Of a stretch of DNA of 32,000 nt, positions 9,305 through 17,720 are shown piece by piece. The number at the start of each line of letters is the position of its first letter. Within the stretch, counting starts at the first letter, position 1. Location: positions 19,626-51,625 of the forward strand of contig JBBIMK010000014.1 in assembly GCA_037444445.1 (NCBI GenBank), written 5' to 3'. The translations under genes and the position numbers were made by a program. The DNA is from a bacterium (GTDB lineage: Bacteria; UBP7; UBA6624; JBBIMK01). The notes beneath the pieces are model-generated. The model ran no database searches. It saw nothing but the letters and a program-made list of their open reading frames with translations, and was not told the DNA's origin.

Positions 9305-9619
9305 ATGTCGCAAGTGAAGAAGTGGTGGAAGAAAATCCAGCGGTGGTTTCGGAAGGAATTCCGGGACCCGGTGAAGGAAACCCTGAACGAAATGGTGAAC
9401 CGGCTGGAAGAAGTTTACAGGCGGTTTGAACCCGCCATAGCGGAGGATATGTCCATTCTCACAATTACCGTCCTCAACGCCAGCCTGAGCATCCTGATGG
9501 GGCAGAAGGAGAAAGCCCGAAAAGACTTGAAGGAGGTCTGGCGAAAGATGCGGAGCCGACGCGATGAAATTCTCACAGCCATAGAAGAAGTGCTAACGGA
9601 ACTCCATAACACCCCATAG
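9305..9619 (+). CDS. hypothetical small helical protein with a basic N-terminus
   Basis: ATG at 9305 lies 7 nt after a GGGGAGGG Shine-Dalgarno sequence, which is better support than the ORF-track TTG at 9260. N-terminus is MSQVKKWWKKIQRWFRK. No motif recognised. Confidence 0.4.
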   Translation: MSQVKKWWKKIQRWFRKEFRDPVKETLNEMVNRLEEVYRRFEPAIAEDMSILTITVLNASLSILMGQKEKARKDLKEVWRKMRSRRDEILTAIEEVLTELHNTP

Positions 9620-9654
9620 GCAGGAGCCAGTTTGTGGTATGATTAGATACCGGT

Positions 9655-9727
9655 GAGCCGCTAGCTCAGTCGGTAGAGCACTGGACTTTTAATCCAGGGG
9701 TCGCAGGTTCGATTCCTGTGCGGCTCA
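9655..9727 (+). tRNA. tRNA-Lys (anticodon UUU)
   Basis: Hand-folded 73-nt cloverleaf. Acceptor GAGCCGC/GCGGCTC, D arm GCTC-AGTCGGTA-GAGC, anticodon arm CTGGA-CTTTTAA-TCCAG, variable loop GGGTC, T arm GCAGG-TTCGATT-CCTGT, discriminator A. CCA is not encoded. Confidence 0.9.
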
Positions 9728-9819
9728 CACCTTCTTTATATCGGTTCCCGGCGAGGGAGCAGAGTGGAAGGACGCGATTTGTGCGCCCTGCATCTTCTTT
9801 ACACTCCCTTCTATTGTCT

Positions 9820-10725
9820 TCAGTAGCGTTCTATCGGGTAGCGCCAGTCCTTGTCCAGGCACATAGGGGAGATGCGGGTGATGGTGGGGCTTTTCCTCTT
9901 GTGCTCGTTCTTGATGACACGCTGGTGTATTTCTTCTACCACTCTCAGGGGAACATGCAAATAGGCGGATGCGATAACTGGTGAGAATTCCATATCCACG
10001 AGGGCATACAGGATGTGGTCTATCAGTCGGTAGGTGTGCCCTAACTCGGCCTCTGTGGTTTGCCCCTTCCATAAGCCGGGAGATGGAGCCTTCTGGATGA
10101 TGGCGGTGGGTATGCCCATAAAGTCGGCGAGTTGCCATACCTGAGTTTTGTATAAATCGCCGATGGGGTAAATGTCGGCGCCCATATCGCCATATTTCGT
10201 GCCGTAGCCCAATAACAGTTCGCTCTTGTTACTGGTGCCGATGAAAAGAGCGTTTCTAAGGTTGGCATAGATGTAGCCTATGATCATGCGGATCCGGGGC
10301 TTGATGTTGGCATAGGCTATCCGGTTGCCCCTGTGGGTGAGGCGGGGTTGTATCTTTATAAATTCTTCTATCAGTGAATTGATGGGAATGACGGCGCAGT
10401 CCGCTTTCAACCGCCTGGCTAAAGATAGGGCATCCTGTGTATCTTTATCCGGTGTAATGCCTTTTTCTGGCATCAAAAGGAGGAGGAGTTTTTTACCGAG
10501 GGCGAGGGAGGAAAGGGTGGCGACGAGAGAGGAATCTATACCACCGGAGAGGGCTACCACGCCCCCATTGAGGCTGGCTTTCTCTACCCGGGTGCGGATG
10601 GAGTTGACTATTACTTCTAAAATCTTGTGCAATTGTTCAGGATGGAATTCTATGGAAAAGGGATAGGAATCAGGCAAGGGCTGTGGGAGATTCTGGATAT
10701 GCTTTTCATCTTTCAAATTTCTCAT
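9820..10725 (-). CDS. nadE: NAD+ synthetase, synthetase (PP-loop ATP pyrophosphatase) subunit
   Basis: SGGIDSS PP-loop motif, plus conserved NadE blocks (GTSNKSELLLGYGTKYGDMGADIYPIGDLYKTQV). Confidence 0.9.
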   Translation of the reverse strand: MRNLKDEKHIQNLPQPLPDSYPFSIEFHPEQLHKILEVIVNSIRTRVEKASLNGGVVALSGGIDSSLVATLSSLALGKKLLLLLMPEKGITPDKDTQDALSLARRLKADCAVIPINSLIEEFIKIQPRLTHRGNRIAYANIKPRIRMIIGYIYANLRNALFIGTSNKSELLLGYGTKYGDMGADIYPIGDLYKTQVWQLADFMGIPTAIIQKAPSPGLWKGQTTEAELGHTYRLIDHILYALVDMEFSPVIASAYLHVPLRVVEEIHQRVIKNEHKRKSPTITRISPMCLDKDWRYPIERY

Positions 10726-10742
10726 ATCCCCTATCCCATTTC

Positions 10743-11564
10743 CTATTTCCTTTCATCAAAAGCCTGGAGGAGTTCCTCCAGCACATCCTTACGGAGTTCA
10801 CGGATCCGAATATCGCGACTCCTGACGATTTGTGCATCTTGCGAGGGCAATTGTGCGACGACCCAATCTTCCTCAAGGAATTTACCTCTTGAAATGATAT
10901 TCCCATGGGCATTGATGACCATACTACCACCCCAGTAAGAGACACCATCGTGGCACCCTGTGGAGTTGCAGAATAGGACGGGGATGATATTGTCCATAGC
11001 ACGGACGCGGAGGTAATGCTCCCAGATTTCGTCCTTTCCGCGGTCGTAGGGGGAGGCGGAAAGGCAAACGAGGAAGTGGGCATTGCGGAGGGTGAGGATT
11101 CGTGCAGGTTCGGGAAACCACATATCCTCGCAAATGAGGACCCCCAGGTTTCCTGCAGGGGTGGCGATGGGGGTGAAGGTCTTGCCCGGCTGGAAGTAGC
11201 GCTTCTCATCAAACAGGCGGTAGTTGACCAGCTGGGTTTTGTGAACAATTCCTGCTATGCGCCCTCTAAAAACGATGGCTGCGGAATTATATAAGAAACC
11301 CGATGAGTCCCGGGCTACATACCCGATGACCGCCGTGAAGCCTCTCACTTTTTTCACCAGGCTCCGGAGGGCTCCCTCGTTCTCCTCCACCTTATCCAGG
11401 TAGACATCCCCTGCGCCGAAGCCCAGAAGTGCCATCTCCGGTGTCACCAGCAGGTCAATTTTCTCACTCTTCGCCCTTTCTATGGCATCGGAAACCTTCC
11501 GGGTATTCCCTTTCACATCGCCCAGCCGGGTTTCTATCTGCGCCAGTGCAATCCGCTTGAACAC
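10743..11564 (-). CDS. carbon-nitrogen hydrolase (nitrilase superfamily), probable glutaminase subunit of NAD+ synthetase
   Basis: Glu-Lys-Cys triad context: VTPEMAL, HKTQLVNY, LICEDMWFPE. GTG start at 11564 with a GAAGGA upstream. The gene lies 17 nt upstream of nadE on the same strand. Confidence 0.8.
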   Translation of the reverse strand: MFKRIALAQIETRLGDVKGNTRKVSDAIERAKSEKIDLLVTPEMALLGFGAGDVYLDKVEENEGALRSLVKKVRGFTAVIGYVARDSSGFLYNSAAIVFRGRIAGIVHKTQLVNYRLFDEKRYFQPGKTFTPIATPAGNLGVLICEDMWFPEPARILTLRNAHFLVCLSASPYDRGKDEIWEHYLRVRAMDNIIPVLFCNSTGCHDGVSYWGGSMVINAHGNIISRGKFLEEDWVVAQLPSQDAQIVRSRDIRIRELRKDVLEELLQAFDERK

Positions 11565-11587
11565 AATTCCTTCACCGTCCTACCTTC

Positions 11588-11596
11588 ATTATATCA
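11588..11596 (-). promoter_or_regulatory. extended -10 promoter element (TGATATAAT) for the nit-nadE pair
   Basis: The minus strand reads TGATATAAT, 23 nt upstream of the GTG start at 11564. No good -35 element. Confidence 0.35.
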
Positions 11597-11613
11597 TTGA
11601 GGGATTGAACGGT

Positions 11614-11682
11614 GGAGCGTAGCGCCGGCATTCCTGCCGGCTTTCTTCATGACAGGAGCGGTTGCCGACCGGGAAGTCGGCG
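11614..11682. repeat. two tandem GGAGCG-prefixed GC-rich stem-loops (terminator or REP-like)
   Basis: Unit A is GGAGCGTAGC-GCCGGCA-TTCC-TGCCGGC (stem 11624-11641). Unit B is GGAGCGGTT-GCCGAC-CGGGAA-GTCGGC (stem 11664-11681). Unit B starts 2 nt after the tolC-like stop on the minus strand. No U-tract follows. Confidence 0.4.
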
Positions 11683-13143
11683 TTACGACTGCACCGGAGG
11701 GAGCCTTCCGCGCAATCGGTAGAGTTGTGCGAGGGAGAGATGCGCCCGGTAAAGGGAGTCTATGTAGACCAGTTGAGCGGAGAGAACATCGCTTTCCGCC
11801 CGGAGGACTTCCAGAAGGGTGACGAACCCCACATCATAGCGGGCGCGCACTCCTTCCAGGCTTTTTCTGGAAGAGATGAGGGCTTGCCGGGCTGATTCGG
11901 CCTGGGCGATGGCGCTCTGCACCCCACGGAGGGCATTCCGTCCTTCTTGCTCCACTCTCTTTTTCTGGAATGAATACGACTGCTGGAGGGAGAACAGGGT
12001 GGCTTGAGGGGGAGCGGGCTCCCGCTTTTCCATCCCAAAGGTGGTGGAATAAACCATCTCCGCCTGCCAGCCAGTGTATTTCAGGCTTTCTATGGATTGA
12101 GGGTGGTCGGCGCCCGTGCCCTGTAGCCCTAAGGTGAAATTCAATCTCCAGTCACCCTTCCCACGCCCCCGGGATGCAGACAGTTCAATCTCCGCACTCC
12201 TCTGTTGCAATGAAAGATTTTGAAGCGCCGGCGAATCCTTTATGATTTCTTTTAATATCTTTGCCTCTTCTATATTCCCATCCCCCGGCCATGGAACGCT
12301 CACAACGGGCTCTTTCAGCGGTTCCACCTGAAACTCTATGCCGAAGGGGAGATTCAGGAGCACCGACAGTTGCTCCTGAGCGGAGCGGTAATCCGCCAGG
12401 GCGGATTCTCGTTCCACATTCCTCTGGGCGAGACTGGCTTCTGCGGTAGAAAGCTCTACACCCGATAGCCGACCGGCAGAAACCCTGGCTTTGACCGCCT
12501 CCAGAGTCAGTTGTGCTTCTTTTACGGCCCCTTCTCGTGCCTCTAACACCGTGGCTTTCCTCGCCACATCCCAGTAAGCAGATAGCACGGACAATCCAAT
12601 TTCGCTAATTTTATCCTGCAAACGCACTTCCTCCAGTTGAAGACTGATTTCTGCCTGTTTCAGGGGGGCGATGAATTCCTTCCGCTTTACACTCCACAGG
12701 GGATAGGAATACTGGACGCCCGTCTGAGTAAAATAGGTAACCCGCCCTCCCCCGGGTGCAAAGAATGAGGTGGCGCCTCCCAGCCGGCTTTCGGTATAGG
12801 AGAAGCCAAAACTGGAGGCATTCCCGAAGGGCTTGAAAAGGGAAACAGAGCCCGTGGTAGAACTCTGGGAAGTGCGGATGAATGTATTGCCGAAAAGCTG
12901 CTGACCCCGCTGGTCTGGCGCCCATTGAAAGCGGACTTCCATCCCGGCCAGGAAGGTTCGCCCACTCACCCGTTCCACCTCTTTTCGTGCCCTTTCCACC
13001 GCCAGCCTCTGGATTTCTATCTCCGGATTCTGCTTCAACGCCAGAGTGATGGCATCAGAAAGGGAGAGAGAACGCTGTTCTGCCCCCGCCAGTGCCGAAA
13101 GAACACCCAGCGCCACGACCCAGAAAAATTTCCACCTCTTCAT
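11683..13143 (-). CDS. TolC-family outer-membrane efflux protein
   Basis: N-terminal signal peptide MKRWKFFWVVALGVLSALAGA. OEP-type repeat opening LSLSDAITLALKQNPEIEIQRL and a second half-repeat. GAGGTGA Shine-Dalgarno sequence upstream. Confidence 0.8.
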   Translation of the reverse strand: MKRWKFFWVVALGVLSALAGAEQRSLSLSDAITLALKQNPEIEIQRLAVERARKEVERVSGRTFLAGMEVRFQWAPDQRGQQLFGNTFIRTSQSSTTGSVSLFKPFGNASSFGFSYTESRLGGATSFFAPGGGRVTYFTQTGVQYSYPLWSVKRKEFIAPLKQAEISLQLEEVRLQDKISEIGLSVLSAYWDVARKATVLEAREGAVKEAQLTLEAVKARVSAGRLSGVELSTAEASLAQRNVERESALADYRSAQEQLSVLLNLPFGIEFQVEPLKEPVVSVPWPGDGNIEEAKILKEIIKDSPALQNLSLQQRSAEIELSASRGRGKGDWRLNFTLGLQGTGADHPQSIESLKYTGWQAEMVYSTTFGMEKREPAPPQATLFSLQQSYSFQKKRVEQEGRNALRGVQSAIAQAESARQALISSRKSLEGVRARYDVGFVTLLEVLRAESDVLSAQLVYIDSLYRAHLSLAQLYRLRGRLPPVQS

Positions 13144-13210
13144 ACTTCACCTCACCTCACACAACTTAATTATAGATGGAGGACGGAAGTAGCCACTCCC
13201 ATCTTCACCC

Positions 13211-13254
13211 AAATAATTGAACCTTTGGTGCCTGACCCCAAAAGGGTCGTTTTA
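13211..13254. repeat. 46-nt double-hairpin intergenic element, copy 3 (reverse orientation, degenerate termini)
   Basis: AAATAATTGAACCTTTGGTGCCTGACCCCAAAAGGGTCGTTTT. The 25-nt core TTTGGTGCCTGACCCCAAAAGGGTC (13224-13248) is identical to copy 2 (7576-7600) and to the reverse complement of copy 1 (1742-1766). Confidence 0.75.
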
Positions 13255-13276
13255 CTCCACTATATAATAATGACGG

Positions 13277-14470
13277 ATGCTGGAACTCATTAGAAGGCTG
13301 GGAGCAGACGCGGCGGAAGTGTATGAGGAAAAAACTACCTATCGCCAGGTGAGTGAAGGCGTTCTCACCCGTAGAGTGGAGAAAGGGATTGCCCTGCGGG
13401 TGTTGAAATCCGGGCGGTTGATTTTCCTCTCCAGCCCCTCTCCCGAGGATGCGCTTTCCCGTTTGAAATCCGCAGCAGGCAACCTGAAACACTTCCCGAA
13501 GCAAAATTTAAATTTCCCCCGGGTGTATGATAGGAAGCGAGCCCCTCAGGGCTACGACCCATTTTTAGACTCTTCCACCTTTCAAAGCCGGCTGGATACT
13601 CTTTCCTGTTCTTTCCCGCTTCCCTTCATAGAATACCGGGAGAAAATCAAAACCGTCTCGCTTTATAATTCGGAGGGGTTGAGTTTGCAGTATGCCTGCT
13701 CTTATCTGAGAGCGGGCTGGCGGTATGTCACCGGGGGGCTTCATTCTCCTGCCACGACTTTCTGGATTCAAAAACGATTCTTTCAAGATTTGTTGAAAGA
13801 ATGCTGGAGCCTGCCGGAGAGGGACCGAGAGACCGAGCACCCCGCTTCGCCTTTGCCCGGGGTGGAGAAGGTTCTCCCATCCTCATTTGTGTTGAAGCCA
13901 TCCGCAGTGAGACAGGTTCTTCAGGTGACCGCGGGGCAATTTTATGGAGGTTCTCACCCGCCGGAGCAGGTGTCGCCTGAATTCTCCCTCATAGACGATG
14001 GCACCCTGCCGGGAGGTTGGGGCACCGAGCCTGCGGATGGAGAAGGGTGTCAGCCCCGGAAAACCGTGTTGTATCAGGATGGACATCTGGAGGGGCTTTT
14101 GTATGATGCCTTGACGGGTGGTCTTTATGGGCATTGCTGTAGTGGAAACTGCATCAGGCAGGATTATCAAACCCTTCCCCGGATAGGCAGCACGAACCTT
14201 GTCATTCCTCCTTCCACGATGAGTTTTAGTGAGTTTATGGAAGGGGAAAAAGCCATCCCCGTGGTGAAACACTTTCTCACTCTACGCTTTCATCCTCCCG
14301 ATGTGGAGGGGATAGGTATATGGGAGATGAGGCATTATGGGGAGCCCGCTGGTTGTGTCTACACCAGCCCCATTCGCTGGAATTTTCGTGAGTTGTTGAG
14401 GAAGATATCGGGTCGTTTTGATGATTTTCGCCTGTGTGGGCATTATGGCTCCCCCTCCCTGCTGATATAG
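13277..14470 (+). CDS. PmbA/TldD-family protein (no HExxxH, so PmbA-like)
   Basis: N-terminus LIRRLGADAAEVYEE..YRQVSEG and C-terminal signature GNCIRQDYQTLPRIGSTNLVI (compare TldD/PmbA G-N-x-R-R-x-S-Y-x-x-x-P-x-x-R-x-T-N). About 40-50 aa shorter than typical family members. Confidence 0.7.
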   Translation: MLELIRRLGADAAEVYEEKTTYRQVSEGVLTRRVEKGIALRVLKSGRLIFLSSPSPEDALSRLKSAAGNLKHFPKQNLNFPRVYDRKRAPQGYDPFLDSSTFQSRLDTLSCSFPLPFIEYREKIKTVSLYNSEGLSLQYACSYLRAGWRYVTGGLHSPATTFWIQKRFFQDLLKECWSLPERDRETEHPASPLPGVEKVLPSSFVLKPSAVRQVLQVTAGQFYGGSHPPEQVSPEFSLIDDGTLPGGWGTEPADGEGCQPRKTVLYQDGHLEGLLYDALTGGLYGHCCSGNCIRQDYQTLPRIGSTNLVIPPSTMSFSEFMEGEKAIPVVKHFLTLRFHPPDVEGIGIWEMRHYGEPAGCVYTSPIRWNFRELLRKISGRFDDFRLCGHYGSPSLLI

Positions 14471-14520
14471 AATAAGATGCCTATTCTTTACGATAAAGAC
14501 ATTTAGGGTTACGCTTATAT

Positions 14521-16065
14521 ATGAAGATGGGGGAAGAAAGAACGGATGTGCTGGTGGTGGGGAGCGGGATAGGGGGAGCATCCGCCGCTGTATCCGCTTT
14601 TGAGAAGGGTGTTTCCGTCACTTTAATCACCAAAGCGAAAGGTCCTGCGGAAGCCACTACCCGCTACGCCCAGGGTGGGATTGCTACTCTGGGTGCTGAG
14701 GATTCGCCGGCGCTATTTGAGGGGGATATTTTATCAGCGGGATGTGGAATCAACGACCCTTCTGCGGTGAGAATTCTGACCACAGAAGGTCCGAAACTGG
14801 TGGAGGAGGTGCTGATGGGCCGTCTAAGAGTGCCTTTTGACAGGGATTCTCAGGGGCGTCTGGTATTCGGGCGGGAATCAGGGCATTCGGTTCCACGAAT
14901 TCTTCACTGCGCTGACGCCACGGGAAGCGCCATTGAGAAAGCGTTTATGCAATATATTCTGCAGAAGACCCACATCCGGGTCCTCACCGAGGTTCATGCC
15001 TTTGACCTTCTGCTACGGGATGGAGGGGTGTGGGGATGCACGATACTTCAGAAGGGGGGTGTGGAACTCCAGCCATTGCTCGCCAGGAAGACGATACTTG
15101 CCACGGGAGGCATCGGCGACCTTTATTTATACTCCACGAATCCACCGGGGAATTCCGGCGACGGTGTAGCGATGGCTGCCCGGGCGGGTGCCCTGATTCG
15201 CCACGCCGAATTTATTCAGTTCCACCCCACCGTCTACTTCCCCCCGGAGGGCACCGGCTGGAGGCCTCTTCTCATCACGGAAGCCATCCGGGGAGAGGGC
15301 GCCATCCTCCGAAATGCCCGCGGTGAAGCCTTTATGGAACGCTACGACCCGGTGCGTAAAGACCTTTCCTACCGCTATCTCATCGCAACCGCCGTGGAAA
15401 AGGAAATCCAGGATACCGGCGGAGTGGTGCTTGATTTAGAGCCCGTTCTGAAAAAAGTAGATTTCCCTCATCGCTTCCCGTCGGTTTATCAGGGATGTCT
15501 GAAGGTGGGGCTGGACATCCTGAAGGAGGGGCGGATACCGGTTCAGCCCGCTCAGCACTTCTTCTGTGGTGGCATCGCCGTAAACGAGAACGGGCAGACG
15601 ACCCTCTCTAACCTGTATGCTGTGGGGGAGTGCGCAGAAAGCGGGGTTCACGGTGCTGACCGCCTTTCCTCCACCTCGCTGTTAGAAGGGCTGGTGTGGG
15701 GATGGCGCGCCGGCGCCCACGCCGGGGAGGGAATCCGCTCCTTTACAGACACTGCTATCCCCACCGTTGTCGCCCCTTCCTGCGAGTGCGTGGACCAGCC
15801 TCTGCCCTCCGGGTTCACCCGTGAAAAGTTCCGCCGCCTTCAAACCCTGATGTGGAAAGAGGTGGGCATTCAGCGAACCCTCTCAGGGCTGGAGCACACC
15901 TACATAGAAGCCCTGAAACTGAAGGGTGAGGCGGACGACTACGCCCGCTTTCGGGTGGACCCGGAACTGAACGCCTTTCGCAATGCCTGCCTCCTTGCCA
16001 GCATCATCTCCCGCTCTGCGGCCGGAAGGAAATCCTCCCTCGGCTCTCACCGCCTGCGGGAATAG
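14521..16065 (+). CDS. nadB: L-aspartate oxidase
   Basis: FAD-binding DVLVVGSGIGGASAA, RYAQGGIA, and succinate dehydrogenase/fumarate reductase-type flavoprotein blocks (FHPT, GECA..GVHGANRL-like GADRLSSTSLLEG). Confidence 0.9.
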   Translation: MKMGEERTDVLVVGSGIGGASAAVSAFEKGVSVTLITKAKGPAEATTRYAQGGIATLGAEDSPALFEGDILSAGCGINDPSAVRILTTEGPKLVEEVLMGRLRVPFDRDSQGRLVFGRESGHSVPRILHCADATGSAIEKAFMQYILQKTHIRVLTEVHAFDLLLRDGGVWGCTILQKGGVELQPLLARKTILATGGIGDLYLYSTNPPGNSGDGVAMAARAGALIRHAEFIQFHPTVYFPPEGTGWRPLLITEAIRGEGAILRNARGEAFMERYDPVRKDLSYRYLIATAVEKEIQDTGGVVLDLEPVLKKVDFPHRFPSVYQGCLKVGLDILKEGRIPVQPAQHFFCGGIAVNENGQTTLSNLYAVGECAESGVHGADRLSSTSLLEGLVWGWRAGAHAGEGIRSFTDTAIPTVVAPSCECVDQPLPSGFTREKFRRLQTLMWKEVGIQRTLSGLEHTYIEALKLKGEADDYARFRVDPELNAFRNACLLASIISRSAAGRKSSLGSHRLRE

Positions 16066-16141
16066 ACTCTGGTCCTGTTCACCCGCCTTCATCAAGGGCG
16101 AAGCCCTGATAATACACACCCGGGAAATCTCCACCGTAGTA

Positions 16142-16193
16142 TTGACAGTTGACAACCCCTGATTTTTATCAGTGTATAATATAGGTGAGGAGG
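16142..16193 (+). promoter_or_regulatory. strong sigma70-like promoter plus Shine-Dalgarno for the DGQHR gene
   Basis: Duplicated TTGACA (16142-16147 and 16149-16154), TGTATAAT (16173-16180) and GGTGAGGAGG (16184-16193), which ends 11 nt before the ATG at 16205. Spacing from -35 to -10 is 20 or 27 nt, which is non-optimal, so the -10/TG element probably dominates. Confidence 0.5.
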
Positions 16194-16204
16194 TTGAGAG
16201 GTGA

Positions 16205-17311
16205 ATGCGTGCCATTCAGGTTCGTCAGAAAGAGGGAGTCTTCTATTTTGTGAACTACCCGGCGGTGGAGTTGCTGGAGAAAGTCCGATTTATCTCCCGC
16301 TATTACTACGAGGGTGAGAAGGTGGAGGAAGAGAAGCAGCCGAAGGATGAAATCGCCCAGTTCATTGGGAAAATAGAGAGGAGCGACCGGGCATTTCAGC
16401 GAGCCTTGAGTCGGCGGAAGGTGGCAAGCATCGTGAATTTCTACGAAACCGCCGGTGTTCAGCCCATCATCCCGGGCACGATTCTTTTGGTGACGGAATC
16501 CTTTCTGGATTTCAAACCCCTGGGGCAAGATGGGAATTTCGGGGAACTGGAGGAGCCTCCCGGCAAGTTTTTGGTGATAGACGGCCAGCACCGCCTGGCA
16601 GCCCTCTATTTCTACCGTCTCAAGCATCCGGAAGAAATCGCCAGGATTCAGGTTCCGACCATCATTTTTGACGGGAAGAGCAGTGATTTCACCGCCGAGA
16701 TGTTCGTGATTATCAACTCCACCCAGACGAAAATCAACAAGTCGCACCTGGTGGACTTGATGGAGCGGGTCACCTTCGGGACGAACCCGTACAAGAAGTT
16801 CGCCGCCGGAATCGTGGCTCATCTTTACACCGATGGCATTTCCCCCTTGCAGTATAAAATCAACCGCCTGGGCGGTCGCAGTAAGCAGGAAAAATGGATT
16901 CTCCAGTCGGAACTGTATAACGAAGTCCTCAAGGTGGTGGAACGCCACAAGAGGATGTTTGAGAAGAGATTTCTCCTCCGGTCCGACCGGGGCGCTGACC
17001 TGTTCGCGGATTACCTCCGCGCCGTCCGCCGCACGATGTACGAAATCTGGGGAAAGAAGGAGTTTATGTTCACGAATTCCGTTACCCTGAAAGCCCTCAT
17101 CCGGGTGCTCAATGACCTGCTGGATAAAGGGGCTGTGGTGGAGGGGTGGGAAGAAGATGGCGAAGAAGCCTTTATGCCTCTACTGGACCCCTGGAGAGCC
17201 CTATCTCCCAGGTTTCGCACGGAGGGGTTCTATGAACGGTTCCCCGCCAAGGGGCAGATTGAACGCGTGCGACGCATCCACCAGGAACTGAAAAATGCTC
17301 TCGGTCTGTAA
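16205..17311 (+). CDS. DGQHR-domain protein (DndB-like, ParB/Srx nuclease-fold superfamily)
   Basis: Literal DGQHR motif at residues 126-130 (nt 16580-16594) in the context FLVIDGQHRLAAL. Downstream FVIINSTQTKINKSHLVDL matches the second conserved block of DndB/DGQHR proteins. Confidence 0.85.
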   Translation: MRAIQVRQKEGVFYFVNYPAVELLEKVRFISRYYYEGEKVEEEKQPKDEIAQFIGKIERSDRAFQRALSRRKVASIVNFYETAGVQPIIPGTILLVTESFLDFKPLGQDGNFGELEEPPGKFLVIDGQHRLAALYFYRLKHPEEIARIQVPTIIFDGKSSDFTAEMFVIINSTQTKINKSHLVDLMERVTFGTNPYKKFAAGIVAHLYTDGISPLQYKINRLGGRSKQEKWILQSELYNEVLKVVERHKRMFEKRFLLRSDRGADLFADYLRAVRRTMYEIWGKKEFMFTNSVTLKALIRVLNDLLDKGAVVEGWEEDGEEAFMPLLDPWRALSPRFRTEGFYERFPAKGQIERVRRIHQELKNALGL

Positions 17312-17361
17312 ACAGGAATGGTGTAAAAGAAGCAGGGGAAATCCTGCCGGCAGTGTGGTAA

Positions 17362-17720
17362 TTATCTCCTCGTCTCTTCTTGAATGATGACGGGTGTTGG
17401 CGTGAGGTCAACGATGACTGGCTGACTGCTGACCTCCAGCCGGACAGGTTTCGGGTCTCCGGCAGAGGTTGGCGTCTCCCACAGCAAAGCCGGGCGCCGA
17501 ATGTCCTTCAATGGCACTTTCTCCCGTGGAAGGGGGTCGTCCATTCCCCGGACTTTATCTTCCGAAAGCCACGCCACCCACACCGCAGGCCGCCCCTCCT
17601 GAAACCGGAAGCGATAGAGTTCAACTCCGGGGTTGGAGTTCATCTTTTCTGCGTGCGAGAAACCATCCGTTTTCTCGGCCAGGAGTTTCAGGGCATAAGA
17701 TGCGGGCCAGGGCGGGGATT
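17362..17720 (-). pseudogene. probable C-terminal remnant of a truncated gene
   Basis: 93-aa ORF (ATG 17643) with no Shine-Dalgarno sequence. The frame stays open and protein-like for 26 more codons upstream (ESPPWPASYALKLLAEKTDGFSHAEK) until a TAG at 17721-17723, with no alternative start. The upstream end coincides with the start of the lower-GC cassette. Confidence 0.3.

Noticed and set aside
9655-9727. tRNA-Lys as an integration site (att) for a mobile element
   Set aside because: No integrase is present in the window, and I could not find a direct repeat of the tRNA 3' end by eye. The idea is kept only as a check under the 7659-9727 finding.
10706-11248. 180-aa alternative-frame ORF within the nitrilase gene
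   Set aside because: The frame carrying the E-K-C triad is clearly the coding one. The alternative frame is Ser/Pro-rich low-complexity sequence.
16142-16154. The duplicated TTGACA as a canonical -35 for the DGQHR promoter
   Set aside because: Spacing to TATAAT is 20 or 27 nt rather than 17±1 nt. The TG-extended -10 is the better-supported element, and the TTGACA repeats may instead be an operator or coincidental.
16169-16948. 259-aa minus-strand ORF antisense to the DGQHR gene
   Set aside because: It lies entirely inside a plus-strand gene that carries family-defining motifs and a strong promoter and Shine-Dalgarno sequence. Its translation is low-complexity and shows no motif, so it is most likely a shadow ORF.
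17469-17699. N-terminal 77 codons of the 253-aa plus-strand ORF
   Set aside because: The sequence is Pro/Ala-rich and low-complexity. It overlaps the more protein-like minus-strand remnant and precedes the composition shift. Internal ATGs at 17700 and 17724 are more plausible starts.
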